Source: Stegostoma tigrinum
Lineage: Eukaryota
Length of the DNA: 64,000 bases
Direction of reading: 5' to 3'
Assembly: GCF_030684315.1 (NCBI RefSeq)
Contig: NC_081378.1
Location: 45,922,307-45,986,306 of the forward strand
Shown: positions 12,266-23,770 of the stretch, piece after piece
How the letters are laid out: every line of letters starts with the position of its first letter
Numbering within the stretch: the stretch's first letter is position 1
Position numbers and translations under genes: made by a program
The notes under the pieces: generated by a model
Told to the model about the DNA's origin: nothing
The model's database searches: none
The model's input: only the letters and a program-made list of their open reading frames with translations

Positions 12266-12847
12266 CGGCGGGGGCGGGGCTTCACCCCGTCGATCAAAGG
12301 AATGGCCCACCAATTTCACCAAATCAGAGGCCGGAGTTCCGCTCACCCGTCGTTGGCTTGGAGCAAAACCAATAGAAACGCGCAATCGCCCCCCGTCACT
12401 CCAACGGCTGTCGACAATTCTCCAATCGAAGACAAGTAGCAACCAATTCCGCACACCGCTGCCGCTTCTTCTCCAATCAGAGGCGGTCATCCCTGGCCCG
12501 TTCCTGTCAATCACATCGCAGCGCCATGAATTGGGGGCGGGAGATCCTGTCAATCAGGCCCCATGCCCTCCGTGAGAGGCGGGGCCTTGGCCAATGGGTG
12601 GGGACGCCTGTGAATCACTGCCCTGCTCCACCCATAAGGGGGACGGACACTCCCGTCAGTCACATTCCAACCCCACCCCTTGGGGGCGGGGACCCTGTCA
12701 ATCAAGAGTAGATTGCGGTGTTGTCCTGCCTCCGGAAGTGATGTGTTCTCGGTTTCTAGGGGGTGTTGTGAGGAGGTGCGTCGCTTCCGGAGGACGTGGC
12801 GGCTGATGTGGATTTGGAGAAGCCGATGAGAATTTGCGGCCGTCAAC

Positions 12848-12872
12848 ATGATTTCCCTCACGGACTCGCAGA
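12848..12872 (+). CDS. GOLT1B: Golgi transport 1B, coding exon 1 (MISLTDSQ)
   Basis: ATG in aacATGa context, 25 nt, GTaagt donor; typical GOT1-family N-terminus. Confidence 0.95.
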
Positions 12873-15800
12873 GTAAGTGACCCCTCCTGGGGCCGCGGCA
12901 GGTTGCAGGCGCCGTTGGGCCGGGCTGTAGGGGAGAGAGCCGGCCCGTGTCTGCCCTTAGAGGATCCTAGCGCTTGCGGCCTTGGGCCCAACCTGGCTTC
13001 AGGAAACAGCTGCATGCCCCGAGTATCCAGTTCGGAATCGGAGACTTTGGCCTTAGTGAAGCAAGAGGCTTTCCAGGTGTGAGCATAGGCTCGAGGCACT
13101 GGGAGTTCCTCGTAAGAGAGCACTGGACTTCCCAGTGACTGCCCTGTCCCACTGTGGTCACTAACGAAAGAAATCCAACTCCCTAGCAACATTCCATAAG
13201 TGGCCGTGTCTGGGCTTCAAATCAATGAACCACACAATGCCAGTATGTTGCAGATCACTTGGGGAAATCTCTGCTTTCCTTTTGTGGTAATTAATTAAAT
13301 GTCCCGCTGTACAGTGGGCTGGAGAGAACAACTTGGCCTGCTGTGTTCATCCAGCTCCACTTTGTTATCTCGGATTCTCCTTCCATCATCTGCAGTTCCC
13401 ACTACCTCTGATCGCCATTAAAAACCTACTCATGGGATGACCGGAAAATCTTTGAAAGAACACTTAATATCAGCATCACGCCTGTTGCAGCATTGTTTTA
13501 TTGCATTTATAATATTTGTTCCTTGGATGTGCGAAGATGCCCTGCATGGAGACTACTTAGGCTCTTCTAAAATACACTTGAATAGCGAAGTCAATAGATT
13601 ACTAAGTTGCGTGCCTGACCCAATGATTTTTAATGAACAAAGCTTTTAAAATGGAGGGAGTCTGCACATTAAATTTCAGATATAAATGCAATGCTATGAA
13701 CTTACTGCATCTTAATTAATGGTTAGTCTTATGGGCTGTGACAGGCACTGTACCTGTCAGATGAAAACACTGTAAATGAAAGAACTTGCATTTGTAATGC
13801 ACCTTTTGCCACTTAGGTCATCCCAAAATGCTTCACTGTCAGTTTGTACTTTTCTAAAATGTTGTAACGTAGAATACTGCATATTTTAAGTATTCAATCA
13901 ACCCCTGCAGTAATGCTTTAGTAAAAAGTGTCCTGCACATTTCCTTAAACACTGGGACTTTTACATAACACATGATATTTTGTTTAATCAAGCTTAACAC
14001 CAGACTAGGATTGCTTCTTGCTAAATTAAAAACCTGAATAGTTGTAGATGCCATCAGGAAGAGTTGTCAAATCTTAGCATTATTGCACTAAATGTCAGAT
14101 TAGAGCTGAAGTTACATGAACACATTGACATGGTGTATCTGAAAACACTTGACATTGAGAAAGTAGCTATACATTTCCAACCTTATATCCAGGATGGTTG
14201 AAATAATCTAATCGAGAAGTAAGAATATTTCTTTCAGGGACTACTTGCAAAAAATGTCTGCAAGTGCTAGAATTGCAGTACTCTTGATTTTGCAGTACTC
14301 TCGTATTTCAAATTTCCTATAATTTTTCAGTTTTAATACGAAAATGTTATTGTATCTAATCAGGAATTGTAATGCCTTTAATGCATGTCAAATGTGCCGG
14401 GTAGTTTAATGAAGCTTTTGGTCCACGGATTTTCATTCTGACTAGAGGCTTACTTTTGTGCAGATAAATGTTCGGCTGCATAATGTGAAAATGGTAATAT
14501 GATTCGAGCTTTCGTCTATCACTGAGTGTAATATGCTAAGGCTTGTGATAATCTTTCCAGCTGGCATTTCAAACTATTATTGCGTACAGAGGATAAAGAA
14601 CTCTATATATAAATTTGTTTTCCAAATGTATTTATTTGTAACGCTATCAAAAAAAAACTTTCAGGTAGTGCAGAATTTGATTTACCTGCCTTGTCAGCTG
14701 GTGATTTTGTCAGGTGTCTATTGAAATTCTTCATGTTTATAGCACCTCATAGATTAAGTTAAGCTCACCTACTTCAATATTGTTGCTATTTCAAAACAAG
14801 CCGTGAATTGGGTTTCTGTGCTTACCTGTACCATTCACTGGAGGAAGTTGCCAAGACGTTTGGATACTGTATGTTTTAGTTTGAACCAAGTCAACCTGTA
14901 TCAGTGCTTTGGACAATCGGTGACACATGGCCAATATTCAGTGCTGCCAACACGTTATGTGAAGGTTAGGAAATGTTCTGGTGCTTTGGTAGAGATGGGC
15001 TTGATTTTTTTTGTTCTGATGTTGTTTGAGATGCCAGTGAGCATTTACTGACTGTCTCTAGTTTCCTTTCAGAAGGTGGCTATAAGTTGCCTTGAACAGC
15101 TGCACTTGAGTGTCTGGTAAATTTACTCTGGGGTACCATTGGGGAGTTTTGAGCCAGTAACAAGTCAGGAAAGTGAGTGACCAGGAAGAAACTGTGTTAA
15201 TTTTCTTTGTGCTTACTGCCTATCTTGTTCTAGGTCATTTGCTGTTGTTAAGCGACTTATATATGATGCATGTGATGGCCATGGCAGCACTGACATTGAA
15301 GGAAGTGGATGCTTGAGATGGTAGATGAGCTGTGAATTAAGTGGCTGCTTTGTTCTTCGAGCTTTTAGGTTTTTTGAATAGTACTTCAGCTACCCATGTC
15401 CTGGCAAGTGGTGATTCATCCATCAAAGTCTTGACTGCTTTGTTCTATGTGGTGGAACGGTTTTGGGAAATCACAAGGTGAGCCACATGTTGCACAATAT
15501 CCAGCCTCTAACCTGCTTGTTCATCAGTGTGTTTATGTGATTCCCTTAAGATGTTGATGGTCCAGGATTCAGCAGTAGTATTGTCGTAGACTATTGGGTG
15601 ATGGTTAGATTCTCTTTTTTTTGTTTAAAAAGTCAGAAATTGCAGCCGATAGGATCTGTTGTCAAATGTCATTACCACTCAACAGTCAAGCTTGTAGGTG
15701 CTCATATCTTGCTGTATGTGGGTATAGCCACATCACATGTCAGCTAAAAGAGCCTCAAAATCTTTAAAACAATACATCACAACAGTGACGACAGTTCAGA

Positions 15801-16007
15801 ACTACCTCATCGGATGTGCTCTGCCATGAAGTGTTTTTATGATTTTTACATTTTAGAGCTTAAGGTATGATTAAATAGCATATTTTGTTTAGAAAATTTG
15901 ATTGTTACATAATATCCATGTTCATATTATTCTCCTGTGTTAATATTCATCTGTTAGTTCAGGTGGTGGAACCTTATTGTAATGTATTTGTACTTATTGT
16001 TTTGCAG

Positions 16008-16099
16008 AAATTGGAATGGGATTAACAGGCTTTGGTGTGTTTTTCCTGTTCTTTGGTATGATTCTCTTCTTTGACAAGGCGCTTCTTGCGATAGGAAAT
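16008..16099 (+). CDS. GOLT1B: GOLT1B exon 2
   Basis: ttttgcAG / GTaagt; 92 nt; [31 protein letters not shown]. Confidence 0.97.
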
Positions 16100-16759
16100 G
16101 TAAGTTTAAATGACTAAACTTGTATGTTTCTCTAAAGTCTCATTGTACCCGTCTTGATGTGTAGACAAATCTTGCTATTTAGATAGTAAGCATTTTACCT
16201 CTTCTCTTTCTTAAAAGAACGCTTTTTATTAGTGCCTAGGTCTGTTGACTGTTCTTATGAAAAGAATTCCAGCTCTGATGTCTAATAGGTGCTGGAAAAC
16301 CATTGAGCACGTTTTGATTTCTGTTTTTATAAACGCTTAAGCTGATTGTATGGAGCTAAATGACGATGGGATCGCAATGACAAAAAGTATTGTGCACTGC
16401 TGCTTAACTCAATTTGCTATTAGGCGAGGCTAGAACCTTGATTGTGAAACCGATATACTCCAGTAGTATGTAATGTGTTGCCTTGAACCATCAATTATAA
16501 TTCCTCCCACTCCTGCCACCACACATTTCATAGCCTATGTTGCACGACCCCTTTTCTTTTGGCTTGCTTTTGTTCTTCATCAAATCTGTCTAGGTACACA
16601 AACTAAATGGGAAAGGCAAAATATGATTGCAACTGCTGGATATATTTTTCTCAGTGCATATGATATGATAAGTTTAAGGAGGCATTAATATATTGAAATC
16701 CAGATGTCAGTACCAGAACTGATGCCTGTCTTGTAAACTTTCAGCTAACCCTTTTGAAA

Positions 16760-17495
16760 CTCAGGGGATTACAGACCAGTGAGCTTCACATCAGTGGTGG
16801 GGAAACTATAGGAGAACATTAATCTCTACTTAGAGAGGCAAGGTTTGATCAGTTATAGGCAATATGTCTTTGTCGGAGAGAGATCATTGTCTAACAAATC
16901 TGAATATTTTGAGGTGGTGACCGGGAGTGTAAATGAGGTCAGTGCAGTTGAAGTAGTTTATAGATTTCAACAAAGTTTTTGATACAGAAGGTAAAAGCAC
17001 GTGGGATCCAGGGTAAAATTGTATAAGCGTCTAGGCCTGAAACATCAGCTTTTGTGCTCCTAAGATGCTGCTTGGCCTGCTGTGTTCATCCAGCTCCACA
17101 CTTTGTTATACACTGGGATCCAGGGTAACATAGGATTGGGATCAAAAATGGATTTAGTGGTAGTAGACAGGAAGTGGTAAAAGGCCGTTTGTGTGCCAAA
17201 GAACGGTATCCAGTGTTGTACTACAGGGGTGAGTGCTGAATCTCTCATTGTTTGTGACATATACAAACAGTATGGATGAGAATATCGAGGAGAGGGTGAT
17301 AAGTAAGTTTGTGAATGACACAAAGATTTACTGGGTGTTGATAACGAGGAAGAAATTCTTGGCTTACAGGAGGATGTAGTTTGGTCAGATGGATAGATCA
17401 GTTGCAGATGGAATTCAACCTATGTGTGAAATGAAGCACTTTGGAAGAAATAATGAGACAATGGAATTGTCTTCTGTACTGTATGATTCTATGAT
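16760..17495 (+). mobile_element. Decayed CR1 RT fragment containing a Penelope-derived insert (17017-17113)
   Basis: YRPVSFTS-like start; insert flanked by TGGGATCCAGGGTAA at 17002 and 17114. Confidence 0.7.
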
Positions 17496-17804
17496 TTCTG
17501 CCCACAAGTGACTGGTTTTCTTTTTCCTTTAGCTTTTTTAAAATGGCCTGATTGCTAAGGAAGTCATCAAGTACACCTAAGTTATTTGCAGAACATACAG
17601 CTATTATACTATTTCACACTAAAGAATCTTCGTGCTTAGGATAAATTACACTTTCACTTGATAGAACTTGCAGTTGGTAAGAAATAGATGAGAGATTCAG
17701 AGTAAGAATGTAGGTTTTGAAACTGCGTTAAAGATATTATAAATGTATGATTTCAACTATCTCAGATCAGTCCTTCAAGCAAACTTTATTCTTTCTTTTT
17801 ACAG

Positions 17805-17983
17805 ATTTTATTTGTGGCAGGCTTGTCTTTTGTAATCGGCTTAGAAAGGACTTTCAGGTTCTTCTTCCAGAAACACAAAATGAAAGCCACAGGCTTCTTT
17901 CTGGGTGGTATTTTTGTTGTGCTGATTGGCTGGCCAGTAATAGGCATGGTTCTTGAAATTTATGGCTTCTTTCTTTTATTCAG
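17805..17983 (+). CDS. GOLT1B: GOLT1B exon 3
   Basis: tttttacAG / GTaaga; 179 nt; ILFVAGLSFVIGLERTFRFFFQKHKMKATGFFLGGIFVVLIGWPVIGMVLEIYGFFLLFR. Confidence 0.97.
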
Positions 17984-18309
17984 GTAAGATAAATGTGAAC
18001 TCTTACTGAGCTTATTCTCCATGTGATTGTCCATGAAATTATGTTGTCATGTTACAAATAGCTGCTTTATTTTGAGTAATATAATTATTTTTAGAGTTAG
18101 ATTTCTAGTTCCAGTAGTAGTTTGACGAACATATAAGACATTGGAAATCGTGATCTGAAGACTTTAGATTTCAGAACTCTGTTAAATTTAAATGGCATTG
18201 CTCAGCCAGGACTCCAGTGTTAACTGCTTTCGTTTAGTTACTTTACAGAAACTGTTATCTGATTTCGGTGTCTTTCAAATAAGGAAATTATTTTATTTTT
18301 AAAAGTTTT

Positions 18310-19900
18310 CCCTTTTTTTGGGATGTGGGCGTTGTTGGCTAAGTCAGCATGATTTCCCATCTCTCGTTGTGCTTGAGAAAGTGTTGGTGTGCTGCTACCT
18401 TGAACCACAGGAGTCCTTGAGAAGTAGGTGCGTAAACATTGCTGTCAGGAAACAAGTTCCAGTTTTTTCACCCAACAACAATGAAAGAACAGCAGTATAT
18501 GTCCCAAGTCAATATGGTGTGTGGCTTGGATGGGAACTTGCAGTTGATGACACTCCTGTGCATTTACTTCCCTCCTACTTCTAGGATTCTTCTAGGACAG
18601 TGCTGTTGATAGAGCTTTTATGAATTTCTGGAGTGCTTTTAAATGATGCACTTTGCTGTGGCTGTGCGTTGACTATAGATGGAGTGAATGTTGAAAGTGA
18701 TGGATGAAGTGCCAGTGAAGCTGGCTGCTTTCTCTGGCTTCCTGTGTGTTGTTAGAGTTGCACTCCCCAAGCAAGGGTGAAGTATTCTATCATACTCCTG
18801 ATTTTTGCTTTGTAGATGGTGTACAGAGAAGCCAGGAGGTAAGTTATTCGCTACAGGGTTCCCAGCCTCTGACTTCCTCTTTGTCTGCAATTTTTGTGTG
18901 GCAAGCCAAGTTCACTTAGTTGTCAATAGTAGCCCCTAAGATGGTGATTGTGAAAGATCTGACCATGGTAATGCCATTAAATGTCATGGGAGTGGCTCGA
19001 CTCTCTAAAGGAGGTGCACGTTGCCTAACAACTGCATGATGTGAGTGTTACTTACCATATTATCAGCTATGTATGGATATTGTCGAGATCTAGATCTTGC
19101 TGCACATGGATATAAAATGATGGAGTGGACTCGATGGGCCAAATGGCCTTATTTCCACCCCTATATCTTATGGTCTTATAAGTTGTGACTGATGCCAAAT
19201 AGTTGTGACTGATGCTAAATATTGGGCAATCATCAATGAGCATCCCCATTTCTGAAGATTTGATAGAGGAAAGGTAGTTGAAGGTGGCTGGGACACGGAC
19301 ACAGATCTGAGAAACCACTGCTTTTCTGGGACTGAGATTATTAACATTCAACAGCTACATTCATCTTCAGTTCAAGATATGACTTCAAACAAAGGAGAGT
19401 CACCCCCAATCCTTATTAATTTGAGTGTGCTTGACATCAAGGAAAAATCATTCTCATTTCACCTGTGGAGTTCAGCTTTTTTGGCCATGTTTAGTCCAAA
19501 TGTGTAATGAGATCAGGAACTGAGTGGCCATGGTGGAACCCAAACTGAATATCAGGTATGTGGGCAATTGCTTTTAAGTGCTGCTTAACTGTACTTAACA
19601 TCTCCTTCCGTCACTTTGCTGATTTGGACTGATGGGGGAGTAATTGTTCAGATTGGATTTGTCCTGTCTTTTGTGTACAGGATGTACATGGGAAGTTTTC
19701 TACATTGCTGATTGGTGCCTATGTTATAACTGTACTGGAATAGCTTGGCTAGTGGTGCAGCTACTTCTGAAGCACAGACCTTCAGTGCAACTACCATGAT
19801 GTTGTCAGAGCCCATTGCCTTCAGTGCAACTACCATGATGTTGTCAGAGCCCATTGCCTTCAGTGCAACTACCATGATGTTGTCAGAGCCCATTGCCTTT
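18310..19900 (-). mobile_element. Old L2/CR1-superfamily LINE in GOLT1B intron 3; a related copy lies at ~15030-15725
   Basis: RT remnant KAMGSDNI..VALKVCASEVAAPLAKLFQYS; 3' end matches the 35860-36650 copy. Confidence 0.7.
19779..19899. repeat. Perfect 39-bp tandem repeat, 3 copies
   Basis: Unit CCTTCAGTGCAACTACCATGATGTTGTCAGAGCCCATTG. Confidence 0.95.
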
Positions 19901-19974
19901 GCAACATATGTATTTTCTAAATACCCAAAGTTTAATTTTCTAAAATTCTGTTTCTTTCCCTTTGTCTCTGCTAG

Positions 19975-20056
19975 GGGTTTCTTCCCAGTCGTGGTTGGCT
20001 TTATTAGACGAGTGCCTATATTAGGCTCAATTCTGAATTTACCTGGAATAAGCTCA
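19975..20056 (+). CDS. GOLT1B: GOLT1B exon 4
   Basis: tctctgctAG / GTaagt; 82 nt; GFFPVVVGFIRRVPILGSILNLPGISS. Confidence 0.97.
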
Positions 20057-23000
20057 GTAAGTATTTGTATTATTCAGTGCATGTTAAAAATGACAGGATT
20101 ATAATTTAAAGACTTTTTTTTTCAAAATCCAGAATGCTTAATGGTGTATTTAACTGATGGCTGTTCCAAAGACTACAGTCAGTGGCGGGCAGTGAATTTC
20201 AAGACCTGTTATTTAGTGAAACCATATGAAGTGAATTCTTGTTTGCAAGGAAATAAGTTAAAACAAGCATAAACTGGATAAATAATTGTGTTACACTATG
20301 AACCTTACTTCCAAATATGTATTGCATTTTGTCGGTTGAATGAAGTTGAATTTATAAAGGATTTTACTGTATTCTAAGATTGTATAAGTGCACAGGTACA
20401 TATGAAAGTAAGAGTCAGGGAAAGGTAGTCTGCCAAGCTTATCCTGTACTGTGTTAGATCAGTCAATATCCCTGACCACCAAACTCCTCTATTAACAATC
20501 ATGTCACTCCTACAATACACAAACAAAAGCTTTTCTTAAAAATAAAACATTAATGCAATGGGAATAACATTGAGGAAATTATTCCCATACCTTTCATTTC
20601 ATTTACAGCAAAAACCTCTAACAAAATGTTGTAACTAAGTGCTTTTAGACACAAATCTTATTGACCCTCATCTTTGAATGTCAAATGAATTGCCCTCCAT
20701 ATGAGGAACTGAAAACTTGGCCACAAAGAACTATTCCTGGCTTAGTGTGAACAAGATCTTTAAAAAAGAAAAGTTCTTTTGACATGAGGTATCAAGGTTT
20801 TAGGAGTGATATAGCAAAATTCTTCGACCTTTGCAAAGTGTTGTCAACATGTGGAACAGACATCTAAATAGAATAGTGAATGCAAGGAATTTTGCAGTTG
20901 TTTGAGAAACAGTTGCATCTCTCCAGAGGTCCCTGTGGTCAAGTTTCAGCAAGATCAATGATAATGTGGCTGAATTACTGAGAACTACACATCCATAACA
21001 TTACAGTAAAAGTTAGTTATGTCTTTGAGGGCGGTGGTATTTTCTCTGGTATGGTTAAGTATTGTGCTCATGAGTAGAATCTTTTGCCTAACTATGGCAT
21101 CAAAAATATTGATAATTCTCAGGTAAATTTTGTGTAAACATTATTACCGGTGAAAGGAATGAAGAGAATAAGTATTTTAATATTGAGTACATCTCCCTGG
21201 TATCTTTTTCAATAGGGACCTCTTTTTGGTTTGAAAGAATTAGTTAAGTTTTAGTATTTGAGTTGTGTAAAATTAGATTATAACTAGTATTTACCCGTTT
21301 CTTCCAGTTTCACTTGGCCTTCAAACTGCATTGTGGCATTGGTAGGAGGTAGAATTGTCATTGAGGAAGCTGCTACAACTTTGAAAGAAATTGTTTTTCA
21401 TAGGTGGTAGATTAGCTGAACTTTCTGATGTAGATTGGAGTGTAATACAAGTGGAGGTTCCCCAGCTGTCATCTAGTTATCAAGAAAACAAGTATGTGAC
21501 TTCACAGCAGAATTTCAAGTCATTTTAATCCCTGGTATTCGGCAACAAACAGGTGGATTTGGTATTTCTGCAGTCAAAACTTTTAGACCCTATTCAGTAT
21601 TAATGCTCAGACAGACACAGCACATCTAAACTTACACTTGTAGGTCCAGATTTATCTTCGTATTTTTGTCTTTGGCAATGCTATTATGTAACATGGTAGA
21701 ATTAAGTAGTATTGCCTATCCAAAGAATTATGTAGATGATGATGATGAGCTACATCAAGCGATTTATTTTGATGTGCAAGCAACATGTGTAAATGATATG
21801 AGCGTTCTTTACATCATTGAAGAACTGAGTAGCCAGTCTTCATTATTTTAGACAGGACACTGAAGAATGTATGGCTGCAAATCCATATGGAAGAGATCCT
21901 TGCCATATTTTCAGCAGCAAATTTTTAAAGTGTATTGTTCAAATGAAATATTGATTTTTCCATTTTTTTGTAAGTTTGTTTGTATCAGTGACTATTAAGG
22001 AGCATAAGTTAATTATCTGTCCTTCGGAGGAGGAATTGCACGTACCCTGGTAATGTCTGAAAGTGCAAAAATGCGAAATGCTTTTTATGCATTAATAGTA
22101 CCTGGTTCTGTATGTTGTGCATCAGTAAATATTCACCATTAAGCAGTTTATCCTGTTGTGAACACAGTTCAGTATTACCTTTTATTTGGATGATAGTCGT
22201 ATTTTCAGACATGTTAAGGATAAGATGTATTAACTAAAATACAACTTCATTTCATTCTCTTTAAAGTGTAATGGTCCCTCTCCGACTCATAGGAGTGCCC
22301 ATAGACTCTAATTCAAGAATAGGTCTTGTTTGCTTCTACAACTCTATTGAGCATATGTGCTGTGTAATGGCAGAAAAGTGGGCAAATTCACAAGAACAGA
22401 GAGACTGCCTGGACAGTGACTGCACAATGAGGAATTATTGAAAAAGCAAATTTTAAATCGTGCCAATTACTTCAAATCAGCATCAGGGATGGGACAGGGG
22501 GAGAAATTTGAATGAAATTGAAGATGAACTTCATTTCAAGAATAAGGAAGACATACCAAAGCTAGGTAATGATTATTTGTTTACGTTTAATATACATTAG
22601 GATTGAAGTGCAAAAGACAGGAGCAATGAAATTAATAAGCATTTTGTACAGTTCACTTTGAAAGGAATTAATGCTGTCATTGAAGGATTTTCCTGACTAT
22701 TTGGTAATGATCACCAGTTAATTTGGTAAATGAAGAAAACCCTCAGAACTTTGAGAATGGTTCCTCTGGTTCAAAGATCCCAGTTTGAACATAATTGCTG
22801 TGCATCATCAACTACTCCAGGGACAGATTAAAATACAAGTCGAGGCAGAGATCCCATAGTGATCCAGTTCCCAGTGGTTTTGAGTTAAAGCTCAGAATGT
22901 AACAGGATAGTTGATGGGGAAAATTGAAATGAAACATTAGTATTATCAATTGAGTCCTGAGGGCATGCATTTTTGGAGCAGAGTAGAAAATGTTTTGTTC

Positions 23001-23497
23001 TGCATCTTGCCCATGTCATTAATGACTTTATCATACAAAACAAAACTTGCACTTTCTACTGCTTGTTACTTCCCCTAATCAGAGAAGCTTTTTGTTATGT
23101 TAATTGCATTAGCAGATTATCTGTTTCTCCCACAATAATTATATACCATTGTTTAATAATTGAGTAAACTTTGAAGTAAGCCCTTACTTGTGAGTTTTCC
23201 ATCAGAGCATTCTAGGTCATCTAATTTTCATGTTCTGCATGCATGTTTAATTACGACTAATTAAGCCACTCTAAAGTTCTATCTTGTGTGGGCTATCTTT
23301 CAGTTTCTTTGTGTAACGTGCAAATCTAGTTCCTGGGAGAGAAATGTACAAGAATTTGTTTACATAGTCAAGCCATGTAAATTTTTGAATAATGAATGTA
23401 TTTAATGGAAATATATTTCTTAAAGTGCAAATACAGTGTGAAACAACAAAATCCCAGAAATGCCCTGCAAGTTTGTCAGCTTCAGCAAAAAGAGCAA

Positions 23498-23770
23498 AGA
23501 GTCATAGAGATGTACAGCACAGAAACAGACTCTTAGGTCCAACTCATCCATGCTGACCAGATACCATGAATTAATCTAGTTTTATTTGGCCCACATTCCT
23601 CTAAACCCTTGTATTCATGTACCCATCTAGATGCCTTTTAAATGTTGTAATTGTCCCAGCCACCACCTCCATCTCTGGCAGCTCATTCCATACACGCAGC
23701 AACCTCTTGGTAAAAGAAAAGTTGCCCTTTCCCCTCTTCCCCTCTCACCTTTAAACCTACGGTCCCTATC
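23498..23770 (-). mobile_element. CR1 3' end fragment
   Basis: Similar to 10335-10600 and 40370-40603. Confidence 0.7.

Larger units (their letters stand above)
11965..13050. promoter_or_regulatory. CpG-island bidirectional promoter shared by RECQL and GOLT1B
   Basis: High CpG density in otherwise CpG-poor DNA; at least 6 CCAAT boxes; GC boxes at ~12270, 12533 and 12683; ETS-type CCGGAAGTG at 12732; three CTGTCAATCA motifs; no obvious TATA box. Confidence 0.85.

Noticed and set aside
12182-13192. Several 60-164 aa ORFs in the CpG island
   Set aside because: Expected by chance in GC-rich DNA; no recognisable protein; they overlap promoter motifs.
19745-20104. 119-aa repeat-containing ORF
   Set aside because: A 39-bp intronic repeat that happens to be in frame with GOLT1B exon 4.
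22267-22565. Extra GOLT1B exon between a plausible acceptor and donor
   Set aside because: It hits a stop after 14 codons and the canonical protein is complete without it; only RNA-seq could support it as a poison exon.
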